Part shown: piece by piece, positions 48,612 through 63,596 of the stretch
How positions within the stretch are numbered: position 1 is the stretch's first letter
How the letters are laid out: each line of letters starts with the position of its first letter
Assembly: GCF_032191835.1 (NCBI RefSeq)
Contig: NC_083224.1
Span: 17,608,001-17,672,000 of the forward strand
Origin: Heteronotia binoei
Lineage: Eukaryota
DNA length: 64,000 bases
Direction of reading: 5' to 3'
Position numbers and translations under genes: made by a program
Notes under the pieces: generated by a model
What the model saw: only the letters and a program-made list of their open reading frames with translations
What the model was told of the DNA's origin: nothing
The model's database searches: none

Positions 48612-49267
48612 TAGATCCAAGTAGGCAGCCGTGTTGGTCTGAAGTAGTAGAACAAAACAGGAGTCAAGTGGCACCTTTAAGACCAACTTAGTTTTATTCA
48701 GAACATAAGCTTTTGTGTGCTCTTAAGCACACTTCATCAGACGAGGAATCCGGCACAGTGTGCAGAGCCATACAGAGCTGGTAGGCAGTGGCTCAGAATG
48801 CAAAATGGTACAGATTTAAGATCCAATGACAGAAATGTAAAATTATCTGGTAGACAGTGGTTTAGAATGTAAAATGGTACAAATATAAGATCCAATGACA
48901 GAATAGTAAAATTAACAAATTGAACAAACCTTTGATCTGAGTGGCATGAGCATGTGAAAGCAACAAAACAGTAGTATGTCAAAATGTGCCTGTGTTTGTC
49001 AATGACTTTATTGCTATAAACCTGGGCCAAAAGGAAGGAATTTCTATCTCTGTTTTCCCATCCAACTAACCCACCTTTAAACATGCAACATACATATAGT
49101 TTGTCATTAGGAGAAAAATACATTAAAATATAGTGGGAGATGGGTTCAATATATGTAACGGGATAAACAACCAATATCCCTGTTTGAGTGTGTCCATACA
49201 GCTAAAAGAGAAATACAGTGGATAGTGATGAAGAACATCACTATCCAATGTATTTCTCTTTTAGCTG
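48612..49267 (-). mobile_element. 5'-truncated Penelope-like retroelement with decayed hammerhead and junction hairpin
   Basis: Minus-strand NRDIGCLSRY* resembles a PLE ORF C-terminus; hammerhead-like CGU CUGAUGA A GUGUGC uuaaga GCACAC AAAA GCUU AUG at 48704-48743. Related degraded terminal copies near 6420-6490, 6655-6750, 30800-30850 and 33165-33290. Confidence 0.65.
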
Positions 49268-49299
49268 CTCAATTTGTTAACCTGGGGATTGGCAACCCT

Positions 49300-49580
49300 A
49301 GACTCTTTAGGGGAAGGGAAGGGAGCCTTTTTCCCGGAGCTCTGCAGCCGCGAAAGAGTTAAAACAGCCGCGCTGTTTGCGAGAGAGGCCGAGGAGGGGG
49401 AGGGCGGAGACAAAGTGCAAGGGGTGGGGTGAGGGTCAAGCGGACAAGCAAACGAAGCCCGGGAAACTCCCTCCCCAGGAAGTCCTTTGGGTCTCCGAAG
49501 ACAGGAATTCGGATCTCCCCACGTGTTGGGGGTGGAGGGGTGGGGAGGCGTTTGAATCCTTTTCCGACCTGATGCTCTAA
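49300..49580 (+). promoter_or_regulatory. Putative promoter / first exon of gene 3
   Basis: Same conserved block at about 49325, about 2.86 kb upstream of SCAN. Confidence 0.45.
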
Positions 49581-49959
49581 GTAAGTAATAGAATCATTGA
49601 GTTGGAAGAACCTCCAGGGTCATCTAATCCAACCCCCTGCACAATGCAGGAAACTCACAAACACCTCCTCCTAAATTCACAGGATCTTCATTTGCTGTCA
49701 GAGCTCTGTTTAAAAACCTCCAAGGAAGGAGAGCCCACCACCTCCCAAGGAGGAAGCCTGTTCCACTGAGGAACCTCTCTAACAGTCTGGAAGTTGTTCC
49801 TAGTGTTGAACCGGAAACTCTTTTGATTTAATTTCAACCCATGGGTTCTGTTCGTACCTTCGGGAAGGTAGGAATTGTAGGCTATTTCTTAATAGCTAGC
49901 ATATTATGTATTGTTTTTGTAAATTGTTTGTTATATGCATCTAGTGATCTAAATTGGAT

Positions 49960-50322
49960 ACTTGTAAACGTTGTGCTGGAGAAAACTCTTGAGAGTCCCT
50001 TGGACTGCAAGAAGATCAAATCAGTCAGTCCTAAGGGAAATCAACCCAGACTGTTCCCTGGAAGGTCAGATGCTGAAGCTGAAGCTCCAATACTTTGGCC
50101 ACCAAATGAGAAGGGAGCATTCCCTGGAGAAGATCCTGATGCTGGGAAAGAAGGCAAAAGAAGAAGGGGAGGGCAAAGGAGGAGATGGCTGGACAGCGAT
50201 GTAACTAACACGAATTTGAGCAGACTTCAGAGGATGGTGGAAGACAGGAGGGCCTGGCGTGACTTTGTCCATGGGGTCACAAAGAGTCTGACTCGATTGT
50301 GCAACTGAATAACAACAACAAA
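49960..50322 (+). mobile_element. RTE/BovB-type LINE 3' fragment
   Basis: CWRKLLRVPWTARRSNQSVLREINP...; (caa)n tail. Confidence 0.9.
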
Positions 50323-50644
50323 ACCGTTGTGATGTGACGTAACCCCATAGTCAGAAATGACTGTCGGTTGCACAGGAGACTATATTTACCTTTTAAGATA
50401 GATTTATATTTTTATTATTTACTTTCCCTATGCTCCCTTTGCATTGAAAAGATTCAATAAAATCAAATCTATCACAATACATATAGAGAGAGAAAAGGGG
50501 GGGGGGGAACCTGCCACCCCCTACTAGGGTTGCCAACTCCTGGGTGGGAAATACCTAAAAGATTTGAGAGGGGGGGGGTTTCTGCCGCGCTTGCTGCGGT
50601 GGAGGGGGGGGGGGGGTCCGCAGGCTTTGCAAGAGGATCTGGTG

Positions 50645-50778
50645 CAGGGGTGGCCAACGGTAGCTCTCCAGATGTTTTTGCCTACAACTCCCATCAGCCC
50701 CAGCCAGCATGGCCAATGGCTGGGGCTGATGGGAGTTTTAGGCAAATACATCTGGAGAGCTACCATTGGCCACCCCTG
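50645..50778. mobile_element. Palindromic MITE, same family as 32857-32993
   Basis: caggggtggccaa...ttggccacccctg, near-perfect hairpin; no clear TSD. Confidence 0.75.
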
Positions 50779-52190
50779 TAGAAGATGGGAGGGGGGAGCA
50801 AGCCAGGCCATCCTCCCAGGGCTGGATCTACATATTTTTTTGAGGCGGGGCAAGAGTAAAACAAATGGTGTGGGAGGGGCAGCACCAGCTCTAGAGAGGG
50901 GGAAACTTGGGGCTGCTTTTTCCACCCGGCTCGTTTCCCCGGGATGGCAGCAGCGAGGAGCAGGTAAAGGGCAGCCGCATCCTTTCCTTCCCGCACCCCA
51001 GGGCCGGCGCTCGTCTGCTGCAGCTGCTCCTCCTCTTGAGGAAGTTTCCTTCCCTCTTTTCCTCCTCTTCCTCCCCCATTTTCCACCGAGCCTGCCCGCC
51101 TTCAGCTGCACAACTCCTGGGGTAAGATTGCCAAGTCTGACTCGAGAAATATCTGGGGACTTTGGGGGTGGAGCTAGGAGAAAACCGTATTGAAGGAAAG
51201 CATTACTCTTAAGGATACCCAAGAAATGATGCAAAATTACACAAGATACCCACTTACAGCAAAATGGACCCCAAATTCATCCAAGTGACTTTGTGAAGCT
51301 TTTGTTCAGTGAGAGTCTTCATGACCTTCTCAGGAACGCCAGCTTGCTGTGGTGGTTAAAGAGTGGTGGGCTCTAATGGGGAAGCCCTTTCCAGTCACTT
51401 TATCCTGGGCTCCAGTTTACCTTCAGATGTACCCTCTAAAGTAGCCCCCAATAATTCAGCCAGATAACTTTGTACAGTGCTACCCTATGGTATTCCTTCT
51501 TTACAATACAAAATTACAGTGACAACAATATAAATTTACAGTGAACAAAAATACCATCCTACGGTATTTATGTTGTTGTCACTATAATTTTGTATTGTAA
51601 AGAAGGAATCGCTTTAATTATATTTTGATATTGTTTTGTACATGGAGAGTATTTTCTTGTTATTTCCTGAAGGGCTAAACAGGCATATCTTTAAAAGTTT
51701 GGTATGTAATCTACCAAAAGAGCCCTGGAGCACAGAGTGGTAAGATGCAGTATTGCAGTCCAAAGCTCTGCTCATGACCTGAGTTCGATCCCAGCAGAAG
51801 CTGGGTTCAGGTAGCCAGCTCAAGGTTGACTCAGCCTTCTATCTTTATGAGGTTGGTCAAATGAGTACACAGCTTGCTGGGGGGAAAGTGTACATGACTG
51901 GGGAAGGCAATGGCAAACTACCCCATAAAAAGTCTACCATTAAAATGTTATGCTACGATGTCACCCCAGAGTCGGAAACGACTGGTGCTTGCATGGGGGA
52001 CTACCTTTACCATTTTTAATGTAATATACTACAGTGACATTAATCCTCATCAACAAACTACAAGGACACTCCTTCTGATCCACTGGGGTAATCCTTAGGT
52101 GATTCTTCACCAGGTTCAGTGATGTAACTCTGTTTTCTTTTCTTCCTGCCTTTCTGATATCTTTCCCTCACCCTCTTCACAGCCAAGTGA

Positions 52191-52664
52191 ATGAGAGTGT
52201 CTTTCCAGAGTCAGAGGCAACCCAAGAGAAAGGGGAAGGAGATGGAAGAGAAGGACCCCGAAGGGCTTGGAACTGGGGAGATATCAAAGAAAGGTTTCCA
52301 TTCCCTCCAAGCAGGGAGTGGTGCTGAATTTTGGGGAAGAGCTGTGCCAGAGATCTTGGTTCGGGACCCTGTGACCGCAGATGGACGTAGCCGATGCTTC
52401 CGGCAGTTCAGTTACCAGGAGGCTGATGGGCCCCGAGAGGTTTGCAGCCGGCTCCACGGACTTTGTAAGGACTGGCTGGAGCCAGAGAGGCGCACCAAGA
52501 AGGAGATGGTGGACCTGGTGATCCTGGAGCAGTTCCTGGCCATCCTGCCGCAGGAAGTGCAGGGCTGGGTGAGACGATGCGGGCCAGAGAGCAGTTCCCA
52601 GGCAGTGGCCCTGGCCGAAGGTTTCCTCCTGAGTGAGGCAGAGGAGAAGAGGCGGGCACAGCAG
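52191..52664 (+). CDS. ZKSCAN-like gene 3, coding exon 1 (SCAN domain)
   Basis: SCAN motif; acceptor at 52182; in-frame ATGs at 52191 and 52242; donor cag|gtgagg. Confidence 0.92.
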
Positions 52665-55105
52665 GTGAGGGGCTTTCAGTCGCTCCGCTCAAGCAATGAG
52701 CTTCTCCTAAGCATTCTTGCCAGCTATTTCTCTGTCAGTGTGTGAACTGCCATCAAGTGCTTCCAACTTATGGCATCCGTAGGAAGGTCTTCTACTTAAC
52801 AGCCTTCTCAGGTCTTGCAGATGGAGGTCTGTGGCTTCCTTGATTGAGTCAGTCCATTACATGTTGAGTCTTCCTCTTTTCCTGCCACCTTCCACTTTCC
52901 TTAGAATGTTTGTCTTTCCCAGTGCCTCCTGTCTTCTTGTAATGTCACAAAATCCGATAGCCTCAGTTAAGTCATTTTAGCTTCTAGGGAGTGTTGAGCC
53001 TTGATTTGATCTAGAACCCACTTATTTGTCTTTTTGGCAGTCCACGGTATCTGTAGAAACTCTCTCCTCCAACTTCGCAAAGAATCAACATTCTTTCTGT
53101 TCGCTTTCTTCCTTGTCCAGCTTTCACACTCACACATAGTAATGGGTGACTTGCTCCTTGTCACCAGTGACCGATACTCCCTCTAAGCTGCGGAGTCTTG
53201 TGAGCAAAAACTTTGCTTTGTGAGCTACTGGCATTAAAGTTGAGAGTGAGTGATTTGGCTATTGCATAAATTAGTTTGCTCTGGGGCCATTTTTCCAGAG
53301 TGAATACAAAAATGTGTGGGCCAGAGGCTAAAAAACTGTGAGCTAGCTCACACTGACTCAGTTGAGAGGGAACACTGCCAATGGCATGTCTTTACATCTT
53401 CAGAATGTTTTCTCGCTCCTTCATGGCTGCCTTTCCCAGTCTCAGTCTCCTGATTTCTTGTTTGCAAGTCTCCCTTTTAGCTGATGGAACCTAGGAACAC
53501 AAAACCTTGAACAATTTCAGTTTCTTCACCATCCAGAAGAAGAAGATATTAGATTTATATCTCGCCCTCCACTCCGAATCTCAGAGCGGGTCACAATCTC
53601 CTTTATCTTCCTCCCCCCACAACAGACAGCCTGTGAGGTGGGTGGGGCTGAGAGGACTCTCACAGCAGCTGTCCTTTCAAGGACAACCTCTGACATGGTT
53701 GACCCAAGGCCATTCCAGCAGGTGCAAGTGAAGGAGTGGGGAACCAAACCCAGTTCTCCCAGATAAGAGTCCGCACACTTAACCACTACACTAGCCTTAA
53801 ATTTCTCAAATCCCCCGCTAATAATTATTTTTGTCTTCTTGATGTTCAGCTGTAATCTTCCTTTAGCACTTTCTGCTTTAGACTTCATGAGTAATTACTT
53901 CAGGTCTTCAGTCCTTTGTGCCAATCATGTGAAGTCATGTGTTTATCTCAGTTAATGTTCCTCCATCTTTATCTAAATCAAATCCAATTTTCCTTATGAT
54001 ATGTACTGCATAAAGATTGTAGAGACAGGGAGATAAAATACATCTTAGTCTGGCACCCTTGCCAATTGGGAAATCTTCTGTTTTTCCATATTCTGTCCTA
54101 CCAGTGGCCTCTTGTCCAGAGTTCAAGTTTTGCATCAGAACTATTGGATGTTGTGGCACACCCATTTCTTTTAAAACCAACCATAGCTTTTCCTGATCCC
54201 CACAGTCACAAGCTGCTTTTGTTCTGAAATTCTCTCCTACGCTCCATTAAACCACTTAAATTTGCAATATGATCTCAAGTTCCTCTTCCTTTTGTGAATT
54301 CACCAGGAATAGAACATCTGGCATATCTCTTTCAATAGATGACAACAATCGTTGTAAAACGTTGAGCACCAGCTTAGATTTGCATGAGGAATTCATGTAA
54401 TGGTCCAATAGTGGCTACAGTCTTTGGCGTCTCCATTTTTTCAACTGGAATGTAAAGTAAATGTTTTCATTCTGTGGGCCATTATCTTGTTTTCCATCTT
54501 TGTTAGTGTATTCTTGCTACGATTTTGACAGACTCCTTTTCTGTGGCTTGATATAGACCTACTGATATTTCATCTCCTGCTGGTGATTTGTTTCTCCCAG
54601 TTGTTCTTGGTGCATCTTAAGTTTGTAAAACCAGCCCTAGTTCTTGCCCCTGTGGTTATAGCAAGTCTGGCGGTGGAGTCAGGAATCATAGAGTCATAGA
54701 ATCGTAGAGTTGGAAGGGACCTCTAGGGCCATCTAGTCCAACCCCCTGCACAATGCAGGAAACTCACAAACACCTCCCCCTAAATTCACAGGATCTTCAT
54801 CGCTGTCAGATGGCCATCTAGCCTCTGTTTAAAAACCTCCAAGGAAGGAGAGCCCACCACCTCCCAAGAAAGCCTGTTCCACTGAGGAATTGCTCTAACG
54901 GTCAGGAAGTTCTTCCTAATGTTGAGCCGGAAACTCTTTTGATTTAATTTCAACCCATTGGTTCTGGTCCTACCTTCTGGGGCCACAAAAAACAATTCCA
55001 CAACATCCTCTATAGGACAGCCCTTGGAGCCTGGGAGTGGGTCCGGATCCATCTCTTCAGCCTGTTCCAGTCCTTCTCTTACCCCCTCCCTTGCTGTTGT
55101 TTCAG

Positions 55106-55208
55106 ATGTGGGGAGGATCCGTGAAGGCAGAAGCAGAGTTCTCTGAGGCAGAAGGAGCTCCGTCAGAGGAAGGTCAGAGGGCGCAGGCCCCGGAGTGTGC
55201 CCAAGATG
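55106..55208 (+). CDS. Gene 3 coding exon 2 (shortened, 103 bp)
   Basis: ttcag acceptor; donor g|gtaagt at 55209 keeps phase 1. Confidence 0.72.
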
Positions 55209-55584
55209 GTAAGTGGTAAGGGTGCCTCCTGCCCAGAGGGGATTGGGGCTCTTGCTTGGCAGAAGTTTCAGGACAGGAGAAAAGGGAACTACTTCGTCAG
55301 ACTACATCGACTGGTGTTCTGGGAAACAGTGCCATAGGATGTCATGATGGCCACTCCACTTTAAGGGGAAGTATAGAGATTCATGGAGAGCAATTCCACT
55401 TGTATTTACCTTAATGGAAATGTGCATATCTCACCTTCCTTGCATTAGAAAGACACAAAGTGGCTCAAAAAAGAAAAGGAAGACAAATCTGGGTGTAGTT
55501 TTCAAAAGTCTGGAAAGTGGGATGTGTAAGCAAAGAAAATAGGACTTTGAGGCTTAAATTCTTCCTATTTTGTCTCCCTTTCAG

Positions 55585-55655
55585 GCAGCGAAGAGACCTT
55601 ATCAAGCCGTATTCTTTGCAGAGAAGTGGAAATGCTCTTTCAACCTCTGGTTCAG
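55585..55655 (+). CDS. Gene 3 coding exon 3
   Basis: ccctttcag acceptor, 71 bp, cag|gtaggg donor. Confidence 0.78.
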
Positions 55656-55864
55656 GTAGGGGGGTAGAACAGGCAATACTCAGATACTTGTTCCTTTCTC
55701 AGGGAAAATCTCACTCCTGTTGTCTGAGGAAGAGAGGCTCTGTACAGCCCAGCCTTTATGCATACTGAGCTCTGCATCCTGCAGCCTCACAAACTATTTC
55801 TGTGGAGAGTGTCAAGTCTCCGCCCAGCATGATCTGTGATGAGGAAATCTGCTTTTTCTTTCAG

Positions 55865-55991
55865 TCTCGGTTTTCCTTTGAGGAGGTGGCCGTGTATTTC
55901 ACCGTGGCGGAGTGGGGCCTGCTGGATCTGGGCCAAAAAGCCCTCTACAGGGAAGTCATGCTGGAGAACTATGAGAGCGTGGCTTTTCTGG
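55865..55991 (+). CDS. Gene 3 coding exon 4 (KRAB-A)
   Basis: [42 protein letters not shown], 127 bp. Confidence 0.93.
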
Positions 55992-57195
55992 GTAAGGATC
56001 TTTCATAAGTGCTAAAGGTGTGAATCACTGCCATTGGGATGATGCACGAGTCAACAGCAATATCTGTTTGTGAGGCGCATGCAGGTAATTGGCCACCCCT
56101 GGGTGCCTGGAGAAGTTGGGGTGGCCATGAAAGTGATGTTCAGCAGGGCCAGGTAGAGCGATACAACCCACCCCACTGATCCAGGGGCAGCTGAGGCCAG
56201 TTTTGTGTCCATCACCCAAGTCAGAGAGGGTGTCGTGGCCTGAGTCCAAGAACGGGCTGAAATGCCCTCAGAAGGACTCTGGAAGGAGCCAGATCCTTAT
56301 TTCTCAGTTGTCAGGCATTACAGCATCCCCTTCCCCAGATGGGATTTTGGCCATCCACTCTGACTGTTTCTCCGGAAGATTTGAAGAGACTATTTCCTTC
56401 CCCAATTAACTGGCAGCAAGTGGGTATCCTTTAAAGTTATGTCAAGGGACTGGGGAGGAATCCCCATGGGATCTTTCCTCTTCACTTCTAAGCAACGCTT
56501 GTTTTGGTAGAATTCCCAAGCCCACTGAGTGAGGGGAGAGAGAGAGAGGGGCCTTCTGGGGCCTGGAATCTGGAGGCTCAGAAGCTCCTTCAGGGTCTGA
56601 GCTCACTTGTGGCTGTTGAGTGGCTGCACTAGCCTTAATACTGGGTATTCCAAGGAATGGGAGGTTAGATAAGACCAGCCCTGCTAGATGAGGCCAAAGG
56701 CACATCACCCCTTTCCTTCATTCTTCACATGGATGCCTTCAGGCCTTCCTATTTGGTGTATATGGGCCTGAGTGCTTCCTTGGGAGCTGTTCTGCCTTGC
56801 AGGGATGTTGTGCAGCAAGTAATCCCACCAGTTAACACTGCAACCCGGGGTAACTGGCTTAAGCCAAAGCACACAACAACCTCTGTTGTCGTGAGGTGGA
56901 TCAGTCCTCATCCCAAGAGGGTAGAAGAAGGAGATATTGGATTTATATCCCACCCCATACTCTGAATCTCAGAGTATCAGAGCAGCTCACAGTCTTCTTT
57001 ATTTTCCTCCCCCACAACAGACACCCTGTGAGGTGGGTGGGGCTGGAGAGGACTCTTGGAGAGCCAGTTTGGTGTAGTGGTTAAGTGTGCGGACTCTTAT
57101 CTGGGAGAACCGGGTTTGATTCCCCACTCCTCCACTTGCACCTGCTGGAATGGCCTTGGGTCAGCCATAGCTCTGGCAGAGGTTGTCCTTGAAAG

Positions 57196-57700
57196 GGTGC
57201 TGATTATTACCTTTAAAGCCTTATATGGCCGAGGACCTGTTTACCTTAGAGACCATCTCTCCCCACACGTTCCCCAGAGGGTGCTTAGATCTGGGATGCA
57301 AAATCTATTAGTGATCCCCGGGCCGAGGGAGGCAAGATTGAAATCTACAAGAGAGAGAGCTTTCTCAATTGCTGCCCCCTATTGGTGGAATCAGCTGCTG
57401 GAAGAGGTTAGAGCCTTGTGGTACGTTGCCCAGATCCGCAAGGCCTGTAAGACAACGCTATTCCAGCTGGCCCTTAATTGATCAGGAATGACTGATAAGG
57501 TAGTAGGGAATGACACCTAATATATACTGAATGCCATCTGCAATGAAACTATATCAAATGATATTAGCATCAGATTGTTTTAATTGTTTAATTTTAATTT
57601 ATGATGTAAGTAATGTAAGTGAATTGTTTTGATTTTACTGGTTGTTAGCCACCCTGAGCCTGCTTTGACGGGGAGGGTGGGATATAAATCCAATAAACCT
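57196..57700 (+). mobile_element. L2-clade LINE 3' fragment
   Basis: VLIITFKALYGRGPVYLRDHL...RAFSIAAPYWWNQL; L2-type tail. Confidence 0.82.
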
Positions 57701-57710
57701 TGAACCTTAG

Positions 57711-57774
57711 TTAAGAATGATGATGCCAAAGAAAACTGGAGATGGACCAGAGAGGCAGGAGGAAAGCCACACAG
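57711..57774 (+). pseudogene. Remnant of exon 5 in gene 3 (5' part lost, 2-nt deletion)
   Basis: KNDDAKEN...GDGPERQEESHT homology to 24275 and 41485; donor gtaaga kept but original acceptor replaced by an L2 tail; a 64-bp exon would frameshift. Confidence 0.7.
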
Positions 57775-58227
57775 GTAAGAGGAGGAATAAGCCCACACCT
57801 TCCCCAAAATGGGTCCTCCCTGAAACCCTAGTCCATGAAGAAAGGTCAGTCAACCAAAGAACAGACAATACACTGCAGGGAAAAGGGAATTGAAAGTATG
57901 GCATTTTCAAAGACTTTCATTCAGAGAATGAATGTCATTTTGCAGAAGCTTAGGAAAGCAATTGTGTAATTGCTTGGAATAGAACAGCTTCCATCATAGC
58001 ACAGCCCTTACTTCACATCAAAGAAGTCATACAGGTGGGGAACCATGAAAACGGTAAGAGTCCCAACCAAGTGTCTCTGATGCAGGAAGCTTAATGTACA
58101 TTCAAAATATTTATTATTGTACGCTACTGTAAAACAGAAGGAAGGCACTGAAATCTTTGGAGTGTGAATGAAAGTTCTCAGACCACCTTGTGTGGATTCT
58201 AACGGGAGATCTCTTTCTTTATTGCAG

Positions 58228-61294
<3,067 letters not shown>

Positions 61295-62092
61295 TAGAAA
61301 GAGATTCAGTGTGGTTATCTTCAACAACATACAAGAAAGCACACAGGAGAAAAACCATTTCACTATTTTGCCTAAGGGTGTTGAACTCATTTTTTTTTAC
61401 AATGATTTGACAGAAATGTTGCTTCATTGGGCCAGGACGTGTGTGCCCGACATTGTAATTCCAGGTTCCAGAGATATAAACTTTAGAATGAACCTCGGCC
61501 AACTCAATTAACAATATTATTTTTTACTCAATATATAAACATACTTAAAGAATGACATGCCTTATACTATTTCCTTTATTTAGCGGTCTTCAGTAACTAA
61601 CATATCTGTCTCTGAATTACTGCATCGAAATCTAGAGTCAATGTCTGTTCTGTAGCAATCTTGAGTGTCCTGGTTAGGTCTGTATCTGTAATCTGAGAAT
61701 GTACTTTTGAATTATGGACATTTATTCTAGAATGGAGATTTTTACAGACATACGTTGTTCCAAACATATACAGAATTTTAGAAGCAAAGTCTTAAGGTGG
61801 GAGTAGTTTGAACCCCAAAACTGATAACATTTACTAATACCAAGTTCAGAAAGCTTATTCGTCTCCATACAGCATCACATTGCTCTCCCACCAACCTGCG
61901 ATTCATAGCATCTTTTGATTGATAGGTAAGGAGAAGTGTGAATGTCCCATTTTCCCAAATGTACTGACTAGCAATGTAGGCTCCACCTTCAGAACGCCTA
62001 CCACTTTAGAGAAACTTTTCCTGTCCATCTCCCATCTCCCTTCCCCGCTTCTTGGCATAAGTAATCCGCTTCCCACTCCCCACTTCATTCTG

Positions 62093-62535
62093 TTATGTGT
62101 AGAGTTTGCCCAAGGACTCGAACCAAATGACAACTCTCACACTCCAGGGTCCATCAAGGAAGGTGTGGTGACCAGATTGATTGTGCCATTGGAAACACAC
62201 AGGAGCCTTTGGCCATACATGTTGCCTGGTCAATATGATTTGGTCTTTATCCTTGGGGACCTGTCCTCTATTTTTGGAATTAATGACCCGTTGAGGGAAC
62301 CATAAACCTTTGTTACATTCCATCCATGTAGGGAGAGTACAGCCGTAACCACCATTGGCCAACCACTCCTCCCTGTGGATGGAGGATGGGCACAAGCCCA
62401 GCAAGTTGTGAGGTTGGCTTCTTTAATTATAGCATTTAGTGTCTGATGCCACACATTTCTCTCCCACCCCCCTAATACGGTTGAAACCAAAACAATTGTC
62501 CATAAGGGTCCCAATAATTTCCTCCACCCTGCCAT
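62093..62535 (-). pseudogene. env: ERV env 5' part (signal peptide and SU start), frameshifted
   Basis: MAGWRKLLGPLWTIVLVSTVLGG signal-like sequence, then NLTTCWAC (CXXC); continues in another frame with APVCFQWHNQS. Confidence 0.75.
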
Positions 62536-62959
62536 TCTCCCACCTCTCCCTCGGGAGCACAACTATTACACAGCTTCCCTCCCCAGTTATCAGGTTCAAA
62601 ATAACTCTCAGTCCTCCAGCTCACACTCCAATCTTCTGTGGCTGGAGCCCCTTTGCGTCTCCTTCCTCCCACTCACACACACTCCACACCTTCCAACCTC
62701 TAGGGCTATTTCCGGTTTTAGCAAACCTGTACCTTTCTTGGTATTGATTTAAAATGCTCTCCTTCAACAGGAGTCGGCCTGCAATGAAATCAGACAATTT
62801 AGGAAACAATGGTTCTGTTGAGGCTTGTCCCACAAGCCAAAAGTCTAGGTGCCGGCACAACGGTCCTTTCCACAAGGTGAGTTCAGGCGTGATCAGTTCG
62901 TCAGGCCACGCTGAAAAAACGGCCGAGAAACGTTGTGCCGAGGTCCAACCCGGGTTGTC

Positions 62960-63596
62960 CGCTTCGGTCAGCTCCCACATTCGTCAATTGCAGTTTAAGG
63001 GGTTCTCCTTCTACCGACTGGCTCTTCCAGTTTTTTTTTCTCTGCCCCTTTTTTTGTGCGCCTGTGGTGAGTCCAACCTGTTCTGACTGCTGTTCCACAG
63101 TTCTGACTGCTGTTTCGGTGATTAAGAGAACTTGGGAGGGACCTTCTCAGCTGGTGTCTTCCCTCCACCTCTTGACGTACACCCAGTCTCCAGGTTGATA
63201 CTTGTGGACCGGCGCCTCTAGTGGCGGAGTGAGGTGTATGAGTCCTTGTTCCCTATGGGACTTAAGAAGAGAAGACAGAGCCAGCACATATTTACGCACA
63301 TACATGTCCTTTAACAAATGTAAATTGCCTGCTGCTGTATATGGCATTACTCTCCATAATGGAAACCCATAAAGCATTTCAAAAGGTGACAACTGTATCC
63401 CTTCCCTTGGTTTTGTTCGAATTCCAAATAACGCTAGAGGGAGCACTTTTGTCCATGGCAAATGAGTCTCCAGAATTAACTTTTTCATTGCTTTTTTAAA
63501 AGTCTGGTTCATTCTCTCCGTCTGACCGCTAGATTGGGGGTGCCATGGTGTGTGGTGTCTCAGTTCTATTCCCAATGCTTTTAGTGTGATTGTCAT
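62960..63596 (-). pseudogene. pol: ERV integrase C-terminal part (disrupted)
   Basis: LGIELRHHTPWHPQSSGQTERMN...LSPFEMLYG...YQPGDWVYVKRW...*EGPSQVLLITETAVR...EPLKLQL, typical of gamma-like (class I) integrase. Confidence 0.9.

Noticed and set aside
57056-57481. 141-aa ORF as a novel chimeric protein
   Set aside because: Chance in-frame junction of a SINE and an L2 fragment, with a TTG start and no splice support.
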